In this document: positions 46,429 to 55,322 of the stretch, piece after piece
Numbering within the stretch: position 1 is the first letter of the stretch
How the letters are laid out: each line of letters opens with the position of its first letter
NCBI GenBank assembly: GCA_018334675.1
Contig: JAGXLL010000011.1
Location: forward strand, 51-64,050
Direction of reading: 5' to 3'
Length of the DNA stretch: 64,000 nt
Source of the DNA: Bacteroidales bacterium
GTDB lineage: Bacteria > Bacteroidota > Bacteroidia > Bacteroidales > UBA12077
The notes under the pieces: generated by a model
The model's database searches: none
What the model was told of the DNA's origin: nothing
The model's input: the letters and a program-made list of their open reading frames with translations, nothing else
Translations under genes and position numbers: made by a program

Positions 46429-48678
46429 ATGAAAAAATTTTCAAACCGTTTCTTTGTGCCCCTTTTAATCGGGGTAGCTTTGTTATTTGTATGGACCTCC
46501 TGCGAAGATCAATCCTTCCGAAAACCGGAGGATTTGCAGCCTCAAATTTCTGAATCATCACCTGTTGCAGGTGAAGCGATAGAAGATCAATACATTGTTG
46601 TGCTGAAAAAAGGAGCACGGCCCTCCAAAGTCCTATCAGAACATGGTATGGAAGCTCAACATGTCTACCATCATGCCATCAATGGTTTCTCCTTAAATAT
46701 ACCGAACAATCGGGCATTAGAAGCCTTAGGAAACAATAAGAATGTAAAGTACATAGAAAAGGATTTAAAAGTGAAAGCGTTCGCCCAAACACTGCCCACC
46801 GGTGTGGATCGAATACAGGCCGACCTGAACAGTACCGCTGCCATTGACAATACCCACCAGGAGCTCGATGTGGATATTGTTATCCTGGATACGGGTATTG
46901 ATGATGATCATCCGGACCTGAATGTAGCAGGTGGATATAATTTCTCCCGTGGACCCTCCAGCAAGTGGGATGATGGCAACGGGCACGGCACCCACACAGC
47001 CGGAAGTGCAGCTGCCATGGACAACTCGGAAGGGGTTGTCGGAGTGGCGCCGGGTGCCCGCCTCTGGGCAGCCAAAGTACTGGACAACAGAGGAAGCGGT
47101 TCCATTTCCGATATCATTGCCGGCATCGATTGGGTCACCCAGAATGCCGACAAATTTGAAGTAGCCAATATGAGCCTGGGGGCTACCGGCTCAAGCAGCT
47201 CCATGCGGGAAGCCATTCAGAGCAGTGTCAGCGCAGGAGTGGTATACGTAGTAGCTGCCGGGAATGATGGTTCCGACGTATATGGAAGCGACGGCCAGCT
47301 GGGAGGCGATGATGACATCATTCCGGCAGCCTATCCTGAAGTGGCTACCATCTCCGCTCTGGCTGACTCTGATGGCCAGGCAGGCGGTTCGGGAAGTGAA
47401 ACCAGCTATGGCAGCGATGACTCTTTTGCCAGCTTCAGCAATTACAGCACTGCAGTGACCACCGACAATCCCGTCAGCTCTCCAGGCGCAGCTATAGATC
47501 TGATGCTGCCAGGGGTGGACATCTACTCCACCTACAAAGGAGGTGGTTATTCCACCATGAGTGGAACAAGCATGTCTTCACCTCATGGAGCGGGTTTGGC
47601 TGCTTTGTACATTGTCGCTAACAATTCCAGCCATGCCTCTGCTTCAGATGTATACAACATCCGACAGGCCTTGATTGACGCTGGTGTTGAGCAATCCAGC
47701 GAATACGGGCTGGCTACCCAGAATGACCCGGATGACAACCCCGAACACCTGGGTTGGGCCAGCAGCAGTAGCAGCGGCGCTCCCTCGGTTTCCTGGGTCA
47801 ATCCCCTCGATGGTGAAACTGTTTCCGGAACCGTTACCCTGGAAGTCAACGCATCCGATGCCGACGGTTCCGTCGGCCAGGTTGAATTTTTCGTAGACGG
47901 AAGCCTCGTCGGAACCGACAGCGATGGGTCCGATGGCTGGACAACCAGCTGGACCACAGGAACCGATGGTGAATACACCCTGAAAGCTGTTGCTACTGAT
48001 AATGATAACAATACAGGTGATGCCAGCATCACTGTTACAGTAGACAACACCGACGATGCCCCCACGGTTTCCTGGGTCAATCCCACCGAGGGTGAGACCG
48101 TCAGCGGCACAGTCACCATGGAAGCCGATGCCTCGGACGATGGATCGGTGACCCAGGTGGAATTTTTCGTAGACGGAAATCCCGTAGGGACCGACAGCGA
48201 TGGTTCCGATGGCTGGACCAACAGCTGGGATTCCAACAATGTAGCCGACGGTGACCATACTTTTACTGCTGAGGCAACCGATGATGCCTCGCAGACCTCA
48301 TCCGCACAGATTAACGTGACGGTAAGCAACACCACCAGCGGAGGCGGCATGTTTGTCTCGGACATCAGCTTCAGGTCATTTGGCCCGCATCTGGGTGCCA
48401 CCGTTACCATCCGTTACGACTCTGATGGAGATGGCGTGGCCGAATCCTCCGATGACCCGGTCAGCAACGCTTCAGTCAGTCTGACATTGGATTACGAAGA
48501 TGGCACTACAGTCAACAACTACTCCGGAACAACGGATTCTGCCGGTCAGATCGAATTTAAGTGGAAACAAGCCCCAAGTGGTTCTTATGAGGCAGAAGTA
48601 ACCGAGCTCACACATACCTCGTATACATGGGATCCTTCCCTGGACCTGGATAATCCGGATTCATATACATTGCAATAA
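46429..48678 (+). CDS. S8-family subtilisin-like serine peptidase lipoprotein with I9 propeptide and tandem Ig-like C-terminal repeats
   Basis: Lipobox LLFVWTSC. Catalytic Asp ILDTGID, His GHGTHTAG and Ser SGTSMSSPH. Two ~93-aa repeats (47779-48057, 48058-48333). Confidence 0.9.
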   Translation: MKKFSNRFFVPLLIGVALLFVWTSCEDQSFRKPEDLQPQISESSPVAGEAIEDQYIVVLKKGARPSKVLSEHGMEAQHVYHHAINGFSLNIPNNRALEALGNNKNVKYIEKDLKVKAFAQTLPTGVDRIQADLNSTAAIDNTHQELDVDIVILDTGIDDDHPDLNVAGGYNFSRGPSSKWDDGNGHGTHTAGSAAAMDNSEGVVGVAPGARLWAAKVLDNRGSGSISDIIAGIDWVTQNADKFEVANMSLGATGSSSSMREAIQSSVSAGVVYVVAAGNDGSDVYGSDGQLGGDDDIIPAAYPEVATISALADSDGQAGGSGSETSYGSDDSFASFSNYSTAVTTDNPVSSPGAAIDLMLPGVDIYSTYKGGGYSTMSGTSMSSPHGAGLAALYIVANNSSHASASDVYNIRQALIDAGVEQSSEYGLATQNDPDDNPEHLGWASSSSSGAPSVSWVNPLDGETVSGTVTLEVNASDADGSVGQVEFFVDGSLVGTDSDGSDGWTTSWTTGTDGEYTLKAVATDNDNNTGDASITVTVDNTDDAPTVSWVNPTEGETVSGTVTMEADASDDGSVTQVEFFVDGNPVGTDSDGSDGWTNSWDSNNVADGDHTFTAEATDDASQTSSAQINVTVSNTTSGGGMFVSDISFRSFGPHLGATVTIRYDSDGDGVAESSDDPVSNASVSLTLDYEDGTTVNNYSGTTDSAGQIEFKWKQAPSGSYEAEVTELTHTSYTWDPSLDLDNPDSYTLQ

Positions 48679-48701
48679 GGAAATCTACAGTTTATTTATA
48701 C

Positions 48702-48738
48702 AAAAAGAGGAGGGGTCAGTCGACCTCTCCTCTTTTTG
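48702..48738 (+). terminator. Rho-independent terminator after the S8 peptidase gene
   Basis: aaaaaGAGGAGGGGTC agtc GACCTCTCCTCttttt. Confidence 0.8.
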
Positions 48739-49070
48739 TTCCTTTTAATGAAGCAACATCCGAAAATCCTTGCACCGCGAAAGCAACACGAACCAGACCC
48801 CTGATCGCCTGATTGTTGTTCCCTTTAGATAAATAACCCAACAAAAATCATTAAAGATGCCCGGCAGGATCAAGGGCGCCCTAATGGATGATGAACAAAA
48901 AACCCCGGTAGAACACAAACCCGAAATGATCTTTCTCGACATCCATATACCTCAAAAAGACGGTTTCGTGCTGCCGGATGATTTCCAGTAGCTTTCCTTC
49001 AGGCCTGATATTAATCTTGCCCGATTTTTTATTTTCTTTGCATCAAGAACAATACAAGAGAATAACAGAA

Positions 49071-49934
49071 ATGGACCAATCCAACCGCACACGCCTGGGA
49101 AACACCGAAGGCTGGCTCTCCATTGCAGGGAATGTTTCGCTGTTCGTTCTCAAATACTGGGCAGGTCTGGTGAGCGGATCGGTGGCGATCATCGCCGACG
49201 CCTGGCACACCCTGTCGGATTCCCTAAGTTCCATTATTGTGCTGGTGGCCATAAAAATTTCCAAAAAACCGGCGGACAGAGAACATCCTTTCGGCCATGG
49301 CCGGGCCGAGCTGATCGCTTCCCTTTTCATCGGGGTGCTGCTGGCGGTGATCACCTATAACTTCATCATTGAAAGTGTCCATAAACTACAGACTCATGAA
49401 TCGGTCCAATATGGCACCATAGCAGTGGTAGCGATGATAACCTCCATCCTCGTAAAAGAAGGCCTGGCCCAGTATGCTTTTTGGGCAGGTAAAAAAACCT
49501 CTTCCAACACCCTGAAGGCTGATGGCTGGCACCACCGCAGCGATGCCATCTCTTCGGTGATGATCCTGGTAGGGATCTTTCTTGGAAAATATTTCTGGTG
49601 GATCGATGGTGTTTTAGGCATCCTGGTAGCCGCGATGATTGGCTGGGCCGCCTACAGCATCATCCGCGATGCCGTCCAACCGCTGATGGGAGAAAAACCC
49701 TCTGAAAAACTGATGGGCCACCTTCGACAAATAAGCCATCAGGTCCTGGGTTTCGATCCCAAGCCCCATCACCTGCATATTCACCGTTACGGGGAACATG
49801 TGGAATTGACTTTCCATATCCACCTGGATGGAGCCCTGAGCCTGGAGGAAGCCCATGACTACATCGTAAAGCTGGAAAAAGCGGTGGAACAGCACCTGGA
49901 GATGACCGCCACCATACACGCCGAACCAAGGTAA
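49071..49934 (+). CDS. Cation diffusion facilitator (CDF) family metal efflux transporter
   Basis: ATG at 49071 (MDQSNRTRLG...). Motifs IIADAWHTLSD and WHHRSDAISS, plus a C-terminal cytoplasmic domain. Confidence 0.88.
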   Translation: MDQSNRTRLGNTEGWLSIAGNVSLFVLKYWAGLVSGSVAIIADAWHTLSDSLSSIIVLVAIKISKKPADREHPFGHGRAELIASLFIGVLLAVITYNFIIESVHKLQTHESVQYGTIAVVAMITSILVKEGLAQYAFWAGKKTSSNTLKADGWHHRSDAISSVMILVGIFLGKYFWWIDGVLGILVAAMIGWAAYSIIRDAVQPLMGEKPSEKLMGHLRQISHQVLGFDPKPHHLHIHRYGEHVELTFHIHLDGALSLEEAHDYIVKLEKAVEQHLEMTATIHAEPR

Positions 49935-49954
49935 AAATCATCCTTCCCCTCTTT

Positions 49955-50023
49955 CAGCGCTTAGCGCCTTCCTCCTATTAGCGCTAAGCGTCCTAAAGGC
50001 GCTAAGCGCTAATAGGAGGAAGG
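49955..50023. repeat. GCGCTTAGCGC-family palindromic element (24-bp stem, one mismatch)
   Basis: CAGCGCTTAGCGC (49955-49967) is identical to 15358-15370. Arms ccttcctcctattagcgctaagcg (49967-49990) and cgctaagcgctaataggaggaagg (50000-50023). Confidence 0.8.
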
Positions 50024-50094
50024 AGGAGGACCATTTCATAAGTTGGTGAACTTGTTTTATCTTCGTATTTCTTATTATAGATAAAACACAGATC

Positions 50095-52227
50095 ATGGAC
50101 CAGACCTATACATCAACCATTGCCGGGGCCCTTCAGGTTCAGCCATGGCAGGTAAGCAACACCCTTTCTCTGTTCGAGAACGGAGCGACCATACCCTTCA
50201 TCAGCCGTTACCGCAAAGAAAAAACAGGCAACCTGGATGAGATGCTCATTGCCAATATCCAGGAACATCACGAAAGATTAAAGGAACTGGACAAACGCAG
50301 AGATACCATCCTAAAAACCATAGAGGAACAAGGCCAGCTGAGCGAAGAGTTGGAAAAGAAGATCCGGCAGGCTCCCAACCTTCAGGAGCTGGAAGACCTG
50401 TATCTGCCGTACAAACCCAAGAAAAGAACCCGCGCCACCAAGGCACGGGAAAAGGGGCTGGAGCCCCTGGCCACCTTCATCTATCAACAAGACGATGGGG
50501 ATCCCCTGCAAAAAGCCGCTGAGTTTGCCGGCCATAAGGTAACCGATGCTGACCAGGCCCTGCAGGGAGCCCGCGACATCATTGCCGAATGGGTGAATGA
50601 GGACCGGCAGGCCCGCAACAAAATCCGAAAGCTTTTCCATGATCAGGCCCTGGTCGAGGCTGCAGCAATAAAAGGCAAAGAAGAAGAAGGACAGAAATAC
50701 AAAGACTATTTTGAGTGGTCGGAGCTTCTGAGAAAAACACCTTCTCACCGATATCTGGCCATTATGCGGGGCGAAAAAGAAGGTATTCTGAGGGTGGGCA
50801 TTGGGCCCGACAAAGAAGAAGCCATCTCCATGCTGGAAGATCTTCTCATACACATCGCCAATCCTTGCTCCCAACAGGTTACCCAAGCCATCCAGGACAG
50901 TTATAAAAGGCTGATGGCCCCCTCGATGGAAAATGAAATGAAAGCCTTCTATAAAGAAAAGGCCGATGACGAGGCCATACGCGTTTTTGCCGAAAACCTC
51001 AGGCAACTGCTCCTGGCACCGCCCCTGGGCCAAAAAAGGGTGATGGCCATCGATCCGGGATTCCGTACTGGCTGTAAAATAGTCTGCCTGGATGAACAAG
51101 GCAACCTGCTTTACAACGAAACCATATACCCCCATAAACCGCAAGAGGAAACACGGCAGGCCGCCAAGAAGCTCACGACCCTCTCTGCTTCCCACCGGAT
51201 CCAGGCCATTGCCATCGGCAACGGAACAGCCAGCCGGGAAACAGAACAATTCATCCGCAAACTGAAATTCGACCAGGACATCAACGTGTTCACAGTCAGT
51301 GAAGACGGGGCATCGGTATACTCTGCCTCTCAAGTGGCCCGGGAAGAATTCCCCGATTATGATGTTACCGTACGCGGTGCGGTATCCATCGGCAGACGCC
51401 TGATGGATCCACTGGCCGAACTGGTGAAGATCGATCCCAAATCCATTGGCGTAGGCCAGTATCAACACGATGTGGACCAAAACAAACTCAAAAATAAACT
51501 CAATCAGGTTGTGGAAAGTTGTGTCAACCTGGTGGGCGTCAATGTCAATACCGCCAGCAAACACCTGCTGACCTATGTCTCGGGCCTGGGCCCGCAGCTG
51601 GCCGGTAACATGGTAGAATACAGAAAAAAGCACGGGCCTTTCCGGAAAAGGAAGGAATTCAAACATGTCAAACGCATGGGCGATAAGGCCTTTCAGCAAT
51701 GCGCCGGCTTCCTGAGAATACCCCAGGCAGCCAACCCGCTCGACAACAGCGCCGTACACCCGGAAAGCTACCCCATCGTGGAAAAGATGGCTTCTGATAC
51801 CGGCACGGACGTAAAAGAGCTGATTAAAAACAAGGCTTTGCGTGACAAGATCGATCTTAATCAGTATGTGAGTGAGGAAACAGGTCTCCCTACCCTAAAG
51901 GATATCCTGGCCGAGTTGGAAAAACCCGGACGCGACCCCCGGCAAAAGATCCAATCCTTTGATTTTGATCAAAGCATCCGATCCATCGAAGACCTCCGGA
52001 AGGGAATGATCCTGCCCGGTATCATCAACAACATCACCAACTTCGGTGCTTTCGTGGACATCGGTATCAAGCATAACGGGCTGATCCACATCTCCAACCT
52101 GGCCAACCGCTACGTATCCAATCCCGCCGATATAGTTAAGCTCCATCAGCATGTACGGGTAAAAGTGATAGATATTGATATCCACCGGGGTAGAATCCAA
52201 CTCAGCCTGAAGGATGTGAACCAATAA
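50095..52227 (+). CDS. tex: Tex-family RNA-binding transcription accessory protein
   Basis: 710 aa. N-terminal TIPFISRYRKE, YqgF/RuvC-like and HhH regions, and a C-terminal S1 domain GIINNITNFGAFVDIG. Confidence 0.92.
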   Translation: MDQTYTSTIAGALQVQPWQVSNTLSLFENGATIPFISRYRKEKTGNLDEMLIANIQEHHERLKELDKRRDTILKTIEEQGQLSEELEKKIRQAPNLQELEDLYLPYKPKKRTRATKAREKGLEPLATFIYQQDDGDPLQKAAEFAGHKVTDADQALQGARDIIAEWVNEDRQARNKIRKLFHDQALVEAAAIKGKEEEGQKYKDYFEWSELLRKTPSHRYLAIMRGEKEGILRVGIGPDKEEAISMLEDLLIHIANPCSQQVTQAIQDSYKRLMAPSMENEMKAFYKEKADDEAIRVFAENLRQLLLAPPLGQKRVMAIDPGFRTGCKIVCLDEQGNLLYNETIYPHKPQEETRQAAKKLTTLSASHRIQAIAIGNGTASRETEQFIRKLKFDQDINVFTVSEDGASVYSASQVAREEFPDYDVTVRGAVSIGRRLMDPLAELVKIDPKSIGVGQYQHDVDQNKLKNKLNQVVESCVNLVGVNVNTASKHLLTYVSGLGPQLAGNMVEYRKKHGPFRKRKEFKHVKRMGDKAFQQCAGFLRIPQAANPLDNSAVHPESYPIVEKMASDTGTDVKELIKNKALRDKIDLNQYVSEETGLPTLKDILAELEKPGRDPRQKIQSFDFDQSIRSIEDLRKGMILPGIINNITNFGAFVDIGIKHNGLIHISNLANRYVSNPADIVKLHQHVRVKVIDIDIHRGRIQLSLKDVNQ

Positions 52228-52376
52228 ATTTTAACCGGTGTGGTAAACAATCTGGCTGATCCGCGAGTTATAAAGAATATAAAGATTAAATTCATGTAAA
52301 AATAACTTTGATTCATTGTTAACTATTCCTTAATTGAATATCTTGTACCCGAAATCTTTTAATCTGCTTTGGAATC

Positions 52377-52820
52377 ATGGAAAAACAGGAAAACCAGGAA
52401 TTAAAGGACAACGCTAAAAAAACAAAAGCCGGTAAGCACCCGGAAAACCAGAAGAAATCGGGTAAAAACAAGGAAGAAGGGGAAAAAACCAATGGGGCGA
52501 CCCGTACGACTGAAGCGGCTAAGCTTGAAAAAATTGACATGCAGGAAAAAACCCTTTATGAAGAAATTAAGCAGTATTCAAAGGAAATCAACAAGACCGT
52601 CAAAGCGTTGTTGAAGAGAAAAGAGGAAATGGACCAGGCCCAAAAGGAAAAGGAGAAAGCTGACAAAGAGCTGAAAAAGGTGGAGAAGAAAATGCAAAAA
52701 CGCCGGGAAACCCTACATCAGGCCGAGAAAACCTTCAAGGAAAAAGAACGGGGATACAATGAAATGCTCCAAAAGATCGAGAATCAAAAAAAAGTGCTTG
52801 AGAAGCTGCAGGAAGCCTGA
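52377..52820 (+). CDS. Lys/Glu-rich coiled-coil protein, function unknown
   Basis: 147 aa with highly charged heptad-like sequence. Sits immediately upstream of the CHAD gene. Confidence 0.5.
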   Translation: MEKQENQELKDNAKKTKAGKHPENQKKSGKNKEEGEKTNGATRTTEAAKLEKIDMQEKTLYEEIKQYSKEINKTVKALLKRKEEMDQAQKEKEKADKELKKVEKKMQKRRETLHQAEKTFKEKERGYNEMLQKIENQKKVLEKLQEA

Positions 52821-52867
52821 GTCACCATTTCTTAACCAGCAATTGTTGAATTATAACCGGATGGACC

Positions 52868-53737
52868 TTGGCTAAATCGGTAGAAAAATTATTTGAAAAA
52901 TACCTGTCGAAGTTTGAGAAAGAATTGTTCCGGGCTGTCAATACCGAAGATGAGGAAGCCATTCACGACTTACGGGTTTCAATCAAGAAGATCCGGGCAC
53001 TCTTACTATTCCTCGAAGAAGCAGGGTTTGCCAATATCAAATCCGAATACCCCTATTTGACGAAGCTGAAAAAGCTCTTCAAAAAAGCCGGTAAACTAAG
53101 GGAAATACACATCCACAAAAAGCTCTATCACCACTACCGGGAAAAAACGGGCAGGGACTTTCCGCAGTTATTGGAACACCTTGAAAGGATGGAAGAAGAT
53201 AACCGCCAGGCTTATCATGAAACCATGCCAGGTATCAAGCTTCGCAAATTCTATCAGCAGGCCGATGACCTGCAGCATGCCATAAAAAAAATTTCCCGTT
53301 CCACTTTGAATAAAAGGCTGTTTACCTTCATCCAAACCCGGGTGGAGACATGCTATGGATTTATGTTTGAACCCCATTACGAACAACACCTGCATCAAAT
53401 CAGGAAATACCTCAAGCACATCCGTTTTATCATAGGTCAGAAAGTAGGGGACATGCATGAATTGTTCCAGGAAGAACTTACTTTCGAGGATACCAAAAAG
53501 GTAGAAGATATCCTGGGAGAATGGCATGACCGGGATGAGTTCCGCAAACTGCTGGAGGAATACAGCCAAATAACCGAAAAAAATGGGGATGGAACAACGA
53601 AAAAGCTGCTCGGGGAATACTTAAATCAGGTCAAACAGGACATACAGACCGATATAACAAAGCTCCGGCCGGAACTGGTCCATGTTTTTTCCTTGATGAG
53701 AAATATGCTTTCCAGAGATCGCCGGCAAATGGAGTGA
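52868..53737 (+). CDS. CHAD domain-containing protein
   Basis: 289 aa with a TTG start. CHAD signature EEAIHDLRVSIKKIRALLLFLEE and a second HLHQIRKYLKHIRF helix. Confidence 0.7.
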   Translation: MAKSVEKLFEKYLSKFEKELFRAVNTEDEEAIHDLRVSIKKIRALLLFLEEAGFANIKSEYPYLTKLKKLFKKAGKLREIHIHKKLYHHYREKTGRDFPQLLEHLERMEEDNRQAYHETMPGIKLRKFYQQADDLQHAIKKISRSTLNKRLFTFIQTRVETCYGFMFEPHYEQHLHQIRKYLKHIRFIIGQKVGDMHELFQEELTFEDTKKVEDILGEWHDRDEFRKLLEEYSQITEKNGDGTTKKLLGEYLNQVKQDIQTDITKLRPELVHVFSLMRNMLSRDRRQME

Positions 53738-53786
53738 TGAAAAATCTACAGCACAGCCGGAGGATACCAACCTTTACCCTGGAGCC

Positions 53787-54707
53787 TCATCGCAGCACCT
53801 TGCGTTGCTTCATATCATACCGCTGGCCTTTATGAAGGAAGTAGAACTGCTCCTGCCCTTCGGAAAGCTGATATACAGTATCCCGCTCAGCGGACCAGCG
53901 TGTGCCGTCGTAGATGGCCACATAATGCTCTCCTACAACCCGGAAAGTATCTTTTTCAACCACGATCCCGGTGTTCTCATCGAGTCCGATTCCCAGCAGC
54001 CCGGGTCTTTCCCGGAGCACTTCAAACATGTCGAAATGGCGGTTTCGGGCCAGAAGATGCTGATCCACCGCAATATTCTCAATGAAAGACAACCCTTTCT
54101 CATGATCTCCCATCATAATGGTGTTGCTTCGGGTGTCCCCCCGCACCAGGTACGACCCCTGAATAGTTGCTCCTGCTGATGAACCGGCTATCACACCCCC
54201 GCGGTCAAGCAAACGTTCTAATTCTCTATGAACCCTGGTATGAAGATAGGAATCGCTCAACCGCCATTGCCTTCCCCCCATAAACCATACCCCTGGGGCG
54301 TCTCTTATTGGCTGAACAAAAGCCTCACTGTTCGCTTCTTCCCGGTCGCGGGTATGCAGAATATGTACCTCCGTGAAACCATACCCGGCGAAACGTTCTT
54401 TCTGGCGTTTCATAAAATGATCATCCTGCATGCCTGCATCGCTGCGCGCTGTTGGAATGATTACCACCGGCTCCCCCGGCCCTCCCACCAGCTCTTGAAA
54501 CATGGGAAGAAACAGGCTGTCGCTGGCGTTACCACCGATTAGCAATAAGGTTCCCCGCTCCGGTCCACGGGTTACCGGCCTTCCTTCTACAAGCCCCTGA
54601 TGTTCAGGCTGTACACCTTCAAAACTTTGACTCAGAGCTGGATAAATATTAAGCACAAGAGAAATTGTAAAGATCCATGTGCCTGTAATAAAAATCTTTC
54701 GCATCAT
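53787..54707 (-). CDS. S51-family peptidase (cyanophycinase-like, type 1 glutamine amidotransferase-like fold), secreted
   Basis: 306 aa. Signal peptide, LLLIGGNASD and nucleophile context IAGSSAGATIQG. Confidence 0.8.
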   Translation of the reverse strand: MMRKIFITGTWIFTISLVLNIYPALSQSFEGVQPEHQGLVEGRPVTRGPERGTLLLIGGNASDSLFLPMFQELVGGPGEPVVIIPTARSDAGMQDDHFMKRQKERFAGYGFTEVHILHTRDREEANSEAFVQPIRDAPGVWFMGGRQWRLSDSYLHTRVHRELERLLDRGGVIAGSSAGATIQGSYLVRGDTRSNTIMMGDHEKGLSFIENIAVDQHLLARNRHFDMFEVLRERPGLLGIGLDENTGIVVEKDTFRVVGEHYVAIYDGTRWSAERDTVYQLSEGQEQFYFLHKGQRYDMKQRKVLR

Positions 54708-55225
54708 ATGGAAATTCGTCTGTTTATTGTTTGATTTTCAAAGGTCAGATGGAACTTACCATTTGTAAATAACCAGGTTTGTGAGGAAGATATTGATTAT
54801 TTTCTCATGGACGTTTCATTTTTATATCTTATCAAGTGCCAAATCCCGGATGCATTAGTCAATCACTCTATAAACTGCAAGGGTGAGGGGTACCGATATC
54901 CGGGTCCTTACAAAAGTAGAAAAAATTCCCTGAACAAAAGGTTTGCTCATATATTAAGATCCTCGAATCAAGAATCCGATGAGGGAAAAACTTCGCCTGT
55001 ACCCACAACCCGGGTTGCTATTCATTATGTTTTCAGGATCTATCAACCTCCATCCCCCTTTTATAATGCCATAGAACTCGATGTCTATCAGCTACATATC
55101 ATAATTCCAGACTTCAAGGTACACTATTTAGACTCATTCAATATAATAGATTCGTTTTTATTCCATTCACGGATTTTTTTAATTTTATGCATTTGCTCGG
55201 AATTTGAACAGACGCAAAATCTGAT

Positions 55226-55322
55226 ATTATGAAACCCCCATCCAGTAATCTACACAACAAGGACATGTTTAAGCATGGGGGTTACATATGACCGTAATAA
55301 ATAAAAAGATAATCATATGAAA
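55226..55322 (+). promoter_or_regulatory. Conserved leader element copy B, containing a 20-codon uORF (55229-55291) and a hairpin over the main start codon
   Basis: Near-identical to 29323-29419. The uORF encodes MKPPSSNLHNKDMFKHGGYI. Perfect 9-bp stem AACCCCCAT/ATGGGGGTT and the CATATGA/TCATATG inverted repeat. Confidence 0.6.

Noticed and set aside
47583-48410. 275-aa and 204-aa ORFs on the - strand within the S8 peptidase gene
   Set aside because: They are antisense frames kept open by the repetitive, low-complexity D/G/S/T coding of the Ig-like repeats. The + strand carries the full catalytic triad and repeats.
50311-51759. 482-aa ORF on the - strand
   Set aside because: It is antisense to tex, which has a recognisable S1 domain and N-terminal Tex motifs. 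The composition is typical of a shadow frame.
54807-55232. 141-aa ORF in the AT-rich region upstream of the DUF362 gene
   Set aside because: No motifs and an odd composition. It runs into the conserved leader element in a different frame from the uORF. The equivalent region upstream of the giant operon has no ORF, so this is probably non-coding.
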